Shown: positions 8,346 through 16,093, counted from the stretch's first letter. The stretch is 44,466 nt of DNA from a virus (IMGVR_UViG_3300018073_000008:1-44466); one strand, 5' to 3'. Notes: generated from the sequence alone by a model not told the origin. Numbers and translations are program-made.

Positions 8346-9875
8346 ATGGCCAGACAATCTAGGCAAATCATCCATGCGACGGTTGGGGGAAGACTGTTCG
8401 TCCCAAGAGACGAGATACCGCGACCATTATACCAGACACTCATGTCGCACCTAACGTGGGAGAATCCCGAATACAAAGACCGCGTTTTTAGACAACTGAG
8501 CACCAGCACATACAACAAGAGTTCAGGTACATGGAATGAACTCCCGCGATACATATATGGGATCGAGACAAGTGAAGACGGGTCTGGATACTACATCGCG
8601 AGAGAGTTTGTTCCCGAGTTTGAGAAGCTGTGCAATGAGCTAGAGATTGACGTAGAGTGGGAAGACCTGCGTGTTACGTTCGATCCCAAGCCACTACCCC
8701 ATGACATAGAATTATGGGAACCGCAGAAACCTGCGGTTCGGGACCTATTGCATGATGACTATGGACATCAGGGTGTACTCGAGGCACCATGCGGTTCTGG
8801 GAAAACGGTCATGCTGCTATATGTCGTTGCGGAGCTTGGACAGCCCACAATCATTCTGGCTCATACAGATGATCTTCTCAAGCAATGGCAAGATTATTGC
8901 CGCGATCTTCTTGGCTATGAACCCGGACTTATCCAAGGGGATGTCTACGATATAAAGCAAATCACGCTGGCTAGTGTAATGACGCTGGCGCGTAGAGAGC
9001 TTACTCCTGAGTTTGTGAACATGTGGGGATGCATCATACTGGACGAAGCACACCACTGTCCCGCACAGTGCTTCCAAGAAGTGATGACGCAGTTTCCCGC
9101 GTACTACCGCTTTGGAGCCACGGCTACCCCCAGACGAGAAGACAATCTGCAAGGGCTTCTGTACGCCATCTGTGGGCCGGTAATAGCAAAGGTCGAGCGT
9201 AGGGCACTAAAGCGCGCAGGACTCATTGTAGACCCTGTCGTGATGGTCCACGACACAGGGTTCAACTACCCTTATACTAACATGCGCCAATGGCACAATA
9301 TGGTGCGTTCTCTGATCAATGATAGACGAAGGAATGACCAGATCATCGAGAACATCATCGCAGACCACGACAGCGGCGACCACGTCCAACTTGTCCTATC
9401 TCAGCAAATCGACCACCTCGCACTCCTGGCAAGCACTCTCAGGTCGCGTCGGCCTGACATTTCCCAAGAGCTCCTTATCGCCGGAGGAACTAAAAAGGAT
9501 AGCTATGGACGTGTCACACGCAATATTAGCCGTACAAAGAAAGAAAGGCAAGGGGCTATCTCAGCAGCTAGAGAAGGCACTTTGCGCGTTCTATTTGGAA
9601 CAAAACTGGCAGATGAGGGATTGGATATCCCAAGGCTCGACAGACTCCACCTTGTGTTTCCCTCGCGGGCTCAAGGCAAGATTGCGCAGCAAGTTGGACG
9701 AATTCAACGTGTCCATCCCAGAAAGAGAGACGTTATCGTCCGCGATTACGTGGATGTCCCGAGGGTCCTCGTTAGCCAGTGGTACGAAAGAAGAAAAGCC
9801 TACGCAGAAATGGAGCTAGAGATTATACGTGAAAGTCAAGGATCGGGCCGAGCTACTAGGCTGGTTGCGTCTTAG
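8346..9875 (+). CDS. superfamily 2 DEAH helicase (UvsW/XPB-like)
   Basis: APCGSGKT, DEAHH, ATAT, EGLDIP, QQVGRIQR; start moved to ATG 8346 because the track's TTG start is the promoter -35. Confidence 0.9.
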   Translation: MARQSRQIIHATVGGRLFVPRDEIPRPLYQTLMSHLTWENPEYKDRVFRQLSTSTYNKSSGTWNELPRYIYGIETSEDGSGYYIAREFVPEFEKLCNELEIDVEWEDLRVTFDPKPLPHDIELWEPQKPAVRDLLHDDYGHQGVLEAPCGSGKTVMLLYVVAELGQPTIILAHTDDLLKQWQDYCRDLLGYEPGLIQGDVYDIKQITLASVMTLARRELTPEFVNMWGCIILDEAHHCPAQCFQEVMTQFPAYYRFGATATPRREDNLQGLLYAICGPVIAKVERRALKRAGLIVDPVVMVHDTGFNYPYTNMRQWHNMVRSLINDRRRNDQIIENIIADHDSGDHVQLVLSQQIDHLALLASTLRSRRPDISQELLIAGGTKKDSYGRVTRNISRTKKERQGAISAAREGTLRVLFGTKLADEGLDIPRLDRLHLVFPSRAQGKIAQQVGRIQRVHPRKRDVIVRDYVDVPRVLVSQWYERRKAYAEMELEIIRESQGSGRATRLVAS

Positions 9876-10257
9876 GTTTACCCTGGACGAGAAGCGAAAG
9901 AAGCTTACTCGCAGTATAGACAACATCAACGCAGCAGTCATATCCTACTACGAAAGACGCAACCTTACAGACGTCGTAGACCCTGAAACTGGTACCAAGT
10001 GGCAAAAGCGGCAGGGTACTACGCAGATCTGGAACAACGAATCGCTGAAGGCATTGTTGAAGCGCAAGCGCATACCTGAGGAACTGGTGTTCACCATTGT
10101 TCCTACCGAGGTGCGCAGCGACGAGGCAATCTTCCAGCTTATGCGGGATGGTATACTAACCATCGAAGACATCGAAGGTGTCAGCACACTACAGACGCAC
10201 AAGTCTTACATAGTTGGGTTGAAGAATGCCACGGGACACGACGATCAAGAAGATTAG
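9829..10257 (+). CDS. hypothetical protein
   Basis: 142 aa ORF overlapping both neighbours in the operon. Confidence 0.65.
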   Translation: MKVKDRAELLGWLRLRFTLDEKRKKLTRSIDNINAAVISYYERRNLTDVVDPETGTKWQKRQGTTQIWNNESLKALLKRKRIPEELVFTIVPTEVRSDEAIFQLMRDGILTIEDIEGVSTLQTHKSYIVGLKNATGHDDQED

Positions 10258-10456
10258 CCCCATCGATATTGGGGATCGCATAGGCGTAAGCTTTGGGGTT
10301 ACCCTCAACATGGGCGAGTATCAGAGCTTGCGCGTAGAGTCTTGGGCAGAAGGTACCAAGCGAGAAGGGGAAACATCTGCGGAAGCATATAAACGCCTGT
10401 TCGATGTAGTAGAGCGCGAGGCCAATAAGAGGGCAGGGGAATACAAGAAGCCATGA
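10226..10456 (+). CDS. hypothetical phage protein
   Basis: 76 aa; VSFGVTLNMGEYQSLRVE resembles a recurrent small phage protein motif. Confidence 0.6.
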   Translation: MPRDTTIKKISPIDIGDRIGVSFGVTLNMGEYQSLRVESWAEGTKREGETSAEAYKRLFDVVEREANKRAGEYKKP

Positions 10457-10593
10457 TGATATTCCTCCTAGGTGTTCTGTGCGGTATAGGCATGACCGTG
10501 GGCCTGTACCTGTTCTTGGAGAAGATGTCTGGCCTGGAGCCCTGGGAGGATCCACTTCTACCTTCACAAGGACCTCCGCGCGAAGAAAAATAA
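10453..10593 (+). CDS. 46-aa membrane peptide
   Basis: Manual: MMIFLLGVLCGIGMTVGLYLFLEKMSGLEPWEDPLLPSQGPPREEK; ATGA overlap with previous stop. Confidence 0.55.
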   Translation: MMIFLLGVLCGIGMTVGLYLFLEKMSGLEPWEDPLLPSQGPPREEK

Positions 10594-10596
10594 AGC

Positions 10597-10625
10597 TTGC
10601 ACCCCAGAACCGTCCGTGCTATAGT
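10597..10625 (+). promoter_or_regulatory. sigma70-type promoter
   Basis: TTGCAC-N17-TATAGT with TG extension; A-rich upstream element. Confidence 0.7.
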
Positions 10626-10697
10626 GCTTTTGTGCAGCAACCGATTATCAGGGAAATCGGACTTCCCAATCTATTGTGGTTGCTAAGGAGAATCGAA

Positions 10698-11147
10698 ATG
10701 CCAACCAAAAAAGTTACGCCTGTCAAGGCGTCTCGCAAGCCCGTGGTCGAAGACGAGGATGAGGATGACGAAGAGGAAGAGGTAGTCGTAGTCTCGAGCA
10801 AGAAGAAGGCTGCTGCTCCTATCGCCAAGTCCAAGACCAACGGCGTTGCCAAGACCAACGGTGCTGTCAAGAAGACTGTCGCCAAGGCCGATGCTGAAGA
10901 AGGTTCCTACACCCCTAATGCCAACAGCATGAGAGACTTCATCATGCGGGCAATGAAGAGGGGTGGTACCTCGGCAGAGATCAAGAAGCGTGCCGCCGGC
11001 TTCGCCAGTAAGAAGGGTATCGAAGAGCTTTCAGACGCCAAGAACTACAAGAACTTCGATGTCGCTTTCTACGCCAAGTTCCTCAAGAGCAAGGGTTTCG
11101 ACGTGGAGATCGACGAAGAGGCTGATAGCTACACGCTTTCTGGCTAA
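10698..11147 (+). CDS. 149-aa Lys/acidic-rich protein, possible DNA-binding/nucleoid protein
   Basis: RBS AAGGAG before ATG 10698; MPTKKVTPVK-EDEDEDDEEEE-KKKAAAPIAK, then a compact C-terminal domain; own promoter and terminator. Confidence 0.7.
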   Translation: MPTKKVTPVKASRKPVVEDEDEDDEEEEVVVVSSKKKAAAPIAKSKTNGVAKTNGAVKKTVAKADAEEGSYTPNANSMRDFIMRAMKRGGTSAEIKKRAAGFASKKGIEELSDAKNYKNFDVAFYAKFLKSKGFDVEIDEEADSYTLSG

Positions 11148-11167
11148 CATCGTTCCGACTAGTTTCA

Positions 11168-11202
11168 AGCCCCGCTAGTGATTGCTAGCGGGGTTTTTGT
11201 TT
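11168..11202 (+). terminator. intrinsic terminator
   Basis: CCCCGCTAGT-GATT-GCTAGCGGGG followed by TTTTTGTTT. Confidence 0.8.
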
Positions 11203-11210
11203 GCTACACT
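11182..11210 (+). promoter_or_regulatory. sigma70-type promoter embedded in the terminator
   Basis: TTGCTA-N17-TACACT with TG extension; predicted start near 11217. Confidence 0.65.
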
Positions 11211-11215
11211 TACGC

Positions 11216-11355
11216 TGGAGTTAGCAGGCGAGGGTGACTGTAGGTCTGCATACGGGGTGGGCCTACGGCGGTGAGGCGATTGGATTGTCGAGCGGCAGTT
11301 TAATCCAGTGGGTGGCGGTGTTGTCACAAACGTCGCAAGTAGCCTGCTAACTCTA
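11216..11355 (+). ncRNA. candidate structured RNA (four-way junction), family not recognised
   Basis: Closing stem GAGTTAGCAGGC (11218-11229)/GCCTGCTAACTC (11342-11353); internal stems 11238-11249/11257-11268, 11279-11287/11301-11309, 11315-11322/11329-11336; many G-U pairs; starts at the predicted transcription start. Confidence 0.6.
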
Positions 11356-11378
11356 CTTTCAAGGGAAGGAGGGAGCAT

Positions 11379-11531
11379 ATGTCAAGTCCACAGGAGCCTC
11401 GGGATCCACGGGATCCTCGAGAGCCGGGTGAGAAGCCGGCGCAGCCGAGGCCAGGCGAGCAGCAGGAGCCAACAACTCCGCCTGCTGAGCCAAACCCGCC
11501 GACGCAGCCCCAACCCGCACCCAAGCCGTAG
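11379..11531 (+). CDS. 50-aa Pro/Glu/Gln-rich peptide
   Basis: Manual: MSSPQEPRDPRDPREPGEKPAQPRPGEQQEPTTPPAEPNPPTQPQPAPKP; strong RBS AAGGAGGG; terminator right after stop. Confidence 0.6.
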   Translation: MSSPQEPRDPRDPREPGEKPAQPRPGEQQEPTTPPAEPNPPTQPQPAPKP

Positions 11532-11533
11532 GT

Positions 11534-11577
11534 AAAAGAGACCCCCTGTGTAGGACATCCACAGGGGGTTTCTTTTT
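11534..11577 (+). terminator. intrinsic terminator (possibly bidirectional)
   Basis: AAAAGAGACCCCCTGTG...CACAGGGGGTTTCTTTTT. Confidence 0.8.
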
Positions 11578-11588
11578 ACGAGGATCCA

Positions 11589-12659
11589 ATGATCAAGCGC
11601 ACTATCCCTTGGTGGTTCTTGTTGGTCGGAGGAATGCTACTTGCACTCCTCGTCCCACTCATAACTACCGCTGTTGCGACACCAGCAAAAGCACACACCA
11701 CTGACGAGGACGAAGAAACTTATTCAGCCTGCTACGAAGATTGGGATTACTACTGTCAGGCCACAAAAACTCCCTACCCTACAAAGACCAAAACAGCTAC
11801 CCCTGAAACAACACCAACCTGGGTAGCACCGACAAGTACTCCTGGTCCTACCAACACGTCGGCTCCAACCAATACGCCAATCAACACGCCGACATCAATT
11901 CCGCCAACATCAACACCAGGATCGGGTGGCGGAGGAACACCAACTTCGGTCCCGCCAACTAACACACCGCCGCCATCAGGTCAGTTCGGAACTACACCGA
12001 CTCCTGCTACGGCGACACCGATACCAACGGCTGCGGCCACTAACACTCCACCAGCCAACACGCCAGTGCCATGCCCAGACTGTGGGCCAGGTGGACAGAG
12101 TTTACCAACCCCGATCACAACCGCACCAACACCTACAGGAGGTGGAGGTTCGGGTGGTGGGTGCCCTGACTGCAATATAAATCCTGCCAGCAGCCCAGGT
12201 GGAGTACCTGGACAGTTTAGCGTTCCAGGCGGTACAGCAGGCGGAGAACAGCCTAGTGCTTCAAGCACAGGAGGCGGTGGAGGAAGTGGCGGATCAGGAG
12301 GTGGTTCTACTCTGAGTGAGTACTGCCACTACGAACCCGCCAACCAGATGTGGGAAATTCGCCGCAGCAATGACGTCCCCAAGGCCGTTGCTCAGGGTGG
12401 CGAGATGCCACTATTACCTCATATCTGTGACCAGCACTTGGCAACCGTAGTTCCGACCGCTACCATCGTCCCAACTGTGGTTCCCACAGTTACACCCACC
12501 CTCGTTCCCACTGTGGCTGCTACAACTACGCCAGAGGTACTGCCAGTCGTAATAGTCCAAGAAGCAGTGCCAGCAGTGGCTCCTCCAGCAATCCCAACAG
12601 CAACCCCGACACCAGAGGCAATCCCAGTAACAACACCAGCTCCAGCTCAAATTCCCTAA
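11589..12659 (+). CDS. secreted/membrane-anchored Pro/Thr-rich protein with Cys pairs
   Basis: Signal-peptide-like N-terminus ending AKA; PTNTP/PTATP runs, Gly linkers, two CPDC motifs, YCH...IC mini-domain. Confidence 0.75.
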   Translation: MIKRTIPWWFLLVGGMLLALLVPLITTAVATPAKAHTTDEDEETYSACYEDWDYYCQATKTPYPTKTKTATPETTPTWVAPTSTPGPTNTSAPTNTPINTPTSIPPTSTPGSGGGGTPTSVPPTNTPPPSGQFGTTPTPATATPIPTAAATNTPPANTPVPCPDCGPGGQSLPTPITTAPTPTGGGGSGGGCPDCNINPASSPGGVPGQFSVPGGTAGGEQPSASSTGGGGGSGGSGGGSTLSEYCHYEPANQMWEIRRSNDVPKAVAQGGEMPLLPHICDQHLATVVPTATIVPTVVPTVTPTLVPTVAATTTPEVLPVVIVQEAVPAVAPPAIPTATPTPEAIPVTTPAPAQIP

Positions 12660-12662
12660 GTC

Positions 12663-12703
12663 AGAATCCCCTGCACGAATGGAGTATGCAGGGGATTCTT
12701 TTT
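12663..12703 (+). terminator. intrinsic terminator between convergent transcription units
   Basis: AGAATCCCCTGCA/TGCAGGGGATTCT 13-bp stem then T run. Confidence 0.8.
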
Positions 12704-12809
12704 GCCAAGAGAAAGACCCCCTACTCCGGTTGCTAGCGGCGGGCAAGCGCCGCAACCGTTTCAGGGGCCTACTCTCACCCGCCCGTGGCAAAACGGGTGA
12801 TCTGGAAAA

Positions 12810-13103
12810 CTACCGACTTGGTGGTGGGTCGGTATTCTTTTCTGGCCTTGTATTTCGAAACGTGGCTTCCCGTACCAGTGCTTCGGCTGGCTCAAGCAGA
12901 TACTGTGAGAAGTCACGATAGTAATCGATATCCTTCTGCATCTGCTCTTCTCGACGTAGCATTTCCGCCTTTAGACTTTCTATCTGCACATCTTTAGAAG
13001 CGATCAAAGCCCTGGCTAGGAAAGAGATCGCTCCTGTAAGTATGCCCATGATGCCCCCAATCGCTGCCATTGTAGTGAGATTGAGGACAAAGGTTTCTTC
13101 CAT
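12810..13103 (-). CDS. membrane protein with coiled coil; holin- or lysis-accessory-like
   Basis: One N-terminal TM helix then heptad-like KDVQIESLKAEMLRREEQMQKD; last gene of lysis cassette. Confidence 0.6.
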   Translation of the reverse strand: MEETFVLNLTTMAAIGGIMGILTGAISFLARALIASKDVQIESLKAEMLRREEQMQKDIDYYRDFSQYLLEPAEALVREATFRNTRPEKNTDPPPSR

Positions 13104-13104
13104 A

Positions 13105-14232
13105 TCACGGCCTGAATGGCAAGTCCAACGTTGGTAATGGCGGGCGCGGTGTAAACGTTGGCCTTGGTGTGAAAGTCGGACGTGGAGTGAATGTCGGACG
13201 TGGAGTGAATGTAGGGATTGGAGTACGTGTTGGCTCAGGCGGAGGCCTACCAGTTGAAGGTGGTTCAGTGGGTACCGGCGTTGGAGGCGGGACTGGAGTA
13301 TTGGTAGGTCTCGGGGTGGGTTGTGGTGGGGGTACGGGGGTATTAGTGGGTATTGGTGGGGGAACAGGTGTAGACGTTGGTGGCGATGGTGGTACAGGTG
13401 TCGCAGTAGCTTGTGGCACTACTGGCACTGAAGTAGCTGTAGGTACCTCTGGAGCAACGCCAGACGTAGGTATGGAAGTAGGTACCACAGGAGCAGCCGT
13501 CGCCACTGGAACAGGAGTATTGGTAGGTTCTCCAGGGGCTACCGGCACAGATGTGTTGGTTGGAGCCGGAGTAGCTGTGGAGGCTGCACTGTTCCTCTGT
13601 TCCTCTTCCTCCTCGGGTAGGGGGGTGGGGGTAGGGGCTGCATTTGGCTGCAACCCTGCAACCGCAGGAGTCTCCGGCATCTCCTCTGGCTCACCCTCTA
13701 CTATAGCTTGTTCAGGTTCCTCAACTGGCACCGGCGTTGGAGTATTGATAATCACCGTGGCTTGCGGCTTGACAGCAGGCTTGGGCAGAGGCTGACCAGC
13801 AGGTACCACCAGCGTAGCCACAACTACTGGAGTAGGTGTAGGCTCTGGCTCACCCGTTTCAGCATCTGTTACTATGGGGATCTCCCCTTGATCCTGAGTA
13901 ACCGTTATTACCCTGTCGCCATCTTGATCATCAATATTGACGGCCAGAGAAATAGGTGTAGGAGCACCAGGAATTGGGGTACCTTCTGGGGTAGCCTGTG
14001 CAATGGCAATCTGAGCATCACCCTCGTCGTTCTGGTTCACCGTAACCTGAAATACTACAGGCGGCAGAGGGTTAGTCGTCGGAGCAAGGGTAGCTGTAGG
14101 TAATGGATCTGGCACAGCATCAGCTACCCTTACCGCTGTGATGTTGAGAAGTAGAATAGTGCCCGCTACTCCACCAACACCACAGACAAATAACCAAGCC
14201 CATGTTCCCAGAATGCCACGGATATTCTGCAC
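13105..14232 (-). CDS. membrane-anchored Pro/Thr-rich protein
   Basis: N-terminal TM; PTNTPVP repeats; C-terminal PTFTPR tandem repeats. Confidence 0.75.
   Translation of the reverse strand: MQNIRGILGTWAWLFVCGVGGVAGTILLLNITAVRVADAVPDPLPTATLAPTTNPLPPVVFQVTVNQNDEGDAQIAIAQATPEGTPIPGAPTPISLAVNIDDQDGDRVITVTQDQGEIPIVTDAETGEPEPTPTPVVVATLVVPAGQPLPKPAVKPQATVIINTPTPVPVEEPEQAIVEGEPEEMPETPAVAGLQPNAAPTPTPLPEEEEEQRNSAASTATPAPTNTSVPVAPGEPTNTPVPVATAAPVVPTSIPTSGVAPEVPTATSVPVVPQATATPVPPSPPTSTPVPPPIPTNTPVPPPQPTPRPTNTPVPPPTPVPTEPPSTGRPPPEPTRTPIPTFTPRPTFTPRPTFTPRPTFTPRPPLPTLDLPFRP
13142..13216. repeat. 18-bp coding tandem repeat (PTFTPR x4)
   Basis: GGACGTGGAGTGAATGT present twice exactly, plus two synonymous-variant copies. 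Confidence 0.75.
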
Positions 14233-14244
14233 GAGTCTAGGTCA

Positions 14245-14403
14245 TTAGCCAGTCAGACCAGCCAGCACATAGCAAGCTAGACCAGCCCAACCAAGAGTGT
14301 GCCCGTAGGCATGATTCCAATCTGGTCGCCAAGACCAGGAAGACAATGCTGCAATCAACAGCAATATAAATGCTGCGACCTGTAGTAATTGATGTACCGC
14401 CAC
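14245..14403 (-). CDS. 52-aa two-TM protein, holin candidate
   Basis: Manual: MAVHQLLQVAAFILLLIAALSSWSWRPDWNHAYGHTLGWAGLACYVLAGLTG; GGAGG RBS; follows lysin genes; not in ORF track. Confidence 0.6.
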   Translation of the reverse strand: MAVHQLLQVAAFILLLIAALSSWSWRPDWNHAYGHTLGWAGLACYVLAGLTG

Positions 14404-14408
14404 CTCAG

Positions 14409-14966
14409 TTACCTCCGTATCCAAATGGCCTGAAAGCTGTTGAAACGTTCGAACTCGATGCGACCCATCTCATTGCGGATAGGGTTCCACGAGGGATAGT
14501 TGGGCGCGCTGTTTGCTATCCAAATCTTATTACCGATGACCCCCCTCAAAGCAACGTAGTGGTACCACGCCGTACTGTTCAGCAGTCCAGTAGTTTGAGT
14601 AGCTATCTCATAGGCTCTGTCGAAGTTGAGCCATTCCTGGACAACGTTGCCTTCGCCAAAGAATCTTTCAAGTAGGCGAATAGCAGCTTGAGAATTACAT
14701 AGGCCAGCACTAGAGCTAATACCGACACCAGGCCCACAGTACTCATTATACCCCAACTCGCCGACAACCCATTCTCTAGTACAGCCCGGATAGACACCTG
14801 TAGCTCTCAATACCCAGTCAATAGAACACGCACTACAGGTCCAATCTCGGACCTGTCTTGGCATGTCCATATCCCGATTCTCTTGGAAGACATCCCACCA
14901 AGTAACAGGATCTGGTAGTGGAGGTAGGAGCTTCTGGGTTGGTGGATAGAACGCAGCTACCGTCAT
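14409..14966 (-). CDS. C39-like cysteine peptidase, putative lysin subunit
   Basis: RQVRDWTCSACS (Q..C), WYHYVALRG (H), IWIANS. Confidence 0.7.
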   Translation of the reverse strand: MTVAAFYPPTQKLLPPLPDPVTWWDVFQENRDMDMPRQVRDWTCSACSIDWVLRATGVYPGCTREWVVGELGYNEYCGPGVGISSSAGLCNSQAAIRLLERFFGEGNVVQEWLNFDRAYEIATQTTGLLNSTAWYHYVALRGVIGNKIWIANSAPNYPSWNPIRNEMGRIEFERFNSFQAIWIRR

Positions 14967-15589
14967 ACCCGTCTCACATTCAAGTCAAGCGGGGTGTCTG
15001 TATACTGCTTCATCAGGCATTGCTCCCACCCTCCAAATGGAACAAAGCCCTTGTTTACGTCTGGCGATCCATCATAGATGGACACCCATAACCCTCGGTC
15101 CGACCAGTAGTTACGATGAGACCAACCTAGTCTGTCGAAGACCCACTTCCCAGTGTACATGCCGCACTTCTTACCCATGTACTCGTCGCACAACTGGAAG
15201 TCGTTATCGACATCCGAAGGCAACAGATGCATGTCTTCGACATCTAGCCACAGATCAATGATTGGTATCCCCTCAAACAACTGAAGCCTGCGGTTAGTTA
15301 CTGGAGCTTCTCCAGTACACCAGATGTACCCGTTGATCTCCCAGCCTTTCTCCTCTGCTTTCCTAAGCTGACGAGCAGTCAAAGTATGCCCATCCATGCC
15401 AGTTACGGCTTGGACTATGATACCAGAGAACCCCTTTGCACTCCATTCATCAAACCACTTGTCTGTCAGAACACCCTGATAATTAGACACATCTATCAGG
15501 TACTGTTCTCTGGGAGCTACAGGTGGTTTGGGAGGCAATACTTCTAGCCGCTTGCCAGGCGGATAGAAGAGACTAACAGAGGTAGGCAC
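14963..15589 (-). CDS. GH25 lysozyme (endolysin catalytic domain)
   Basis: IDVSNYQG, WLDVE (DxE), GMYTG, LWVSIY, KQYT, LDLN. Confidence 0.85.
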   Translation of the reverse strand: MPTSVSLFYPPGKRLEVLPPKPPVAPREQYLIDVSNYQGVLTDKWFDEWSAKGFSGIIVQAVTGMDGHTLTARQLRKAEEKGWEINGYIWCTGEAPVTNRRLQLFEGIPIIDLWLDVEDMHLLPSDVDNDFQLCDEYMGKKCGMYTGKWVFDRLGWSHRNYWSDRGLWVSIYDGSPDVNKGFVPFGGWEQCLMKQYTDTPLDLNVRRV

Positions 15590-15800
15590 CGTTTTCAGGA
15601 TCCCAATGTATAGTTACCCCGCTGGTAAAGCCTTGCTCCTTGGAGCCAGCTGGACCAGGCACATCTATTTCTGGGGTGCAAGGTACGCCAAGCGGGTTAC
15701 CATTGTCACGTTCTTCTCGCCACTTGGTAGGGATGGCATTCGCATACACATAGTCTAGCTGCATGACAGAAGACCATATGACGTGGTCGATCTGGCCCAT
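15573..15800 (-). CDS. stand-alone LGFP-repeat-like protein
   Basis: AIPTKW...PLGVPCTPE...EQGFTSGVTIHWDPENGA fits the LGFP pattern (W..LGxP..E..QxF..GxIxW..GA). Confidence 0.55.
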   Translation of the reverse strand: MGQIDHVIWSSVMQLDYVYANAIPTKWREERDNGNPLGVPCTPEIDVPGPAGSKEQGFTSGVTIHWDPENGAYLC

Positions 15801-16093
15801 CAGTGTTCCTTCACACCATTTACTTGCAGAGGTATCGGAGCAACATATTGAGTTGTCTCCTGCTCGGTGATGATAATCTGGTTCAGTTCACTGTCAAACG
15901 TGACAGCAAAGTTGTCAGGTATCTTCTGGCCATCCTGATCTGCAATCATGGCAATCATGTCATGAACATTCCTCTCGGCAGACCTTGCTGCCTGAGTAGC
16001 TGCCCCAACCACAGCATTTGCTTCATCAGAGCGACCTATGCAGTAAGACAGATGTCTGGCTGTCTTGGGATTGAGTTTGAGAATAATTTGCAT
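15800..16093 (-). CDS. hypothetical protein (possible fibre assembly factor)
   Basis: 97 aa, RBS GGAGG, follows fibre gene. Confidence 0.6.
   Translation of the reverse strand: MQIILKLNPKTARHLSYCIGRSDEANAVVGAATQAARSAERNVHDMIAMIADQDGQKIPDNFAVTFDSELNQIIITEQETTQYVAPIPLQVNGVKEH

Noticed and set aside
10479-10697. N-terminal extension of the 222-aa track ORF
   Set aside because: Region holds a separate small ORF and a promoter; RBS supports ATG 10698.
11269-11312. CGGTGAGGCGATTGGATT...AATCCAGTGGG resembles my recollection of the D/anticodon arms of tRNA-Sec
   Set aside because: No TCA anticodon in a 7-nt loop, no GTTCRA T-loop, no acceptor stem with CCA; not called a tRNA.
12768-12780. Minus-strand GTGAGAGTAGG resembles a 5S rRNA segment
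   Set aside because: Match is too short and the rest of the 5S structure is absent.
13169-13795. 208-aa Gly/Val-rich ORF, and similar ones at 11774-12268
   Set aside because: Antisense shadows of Pro/Thr repeats.
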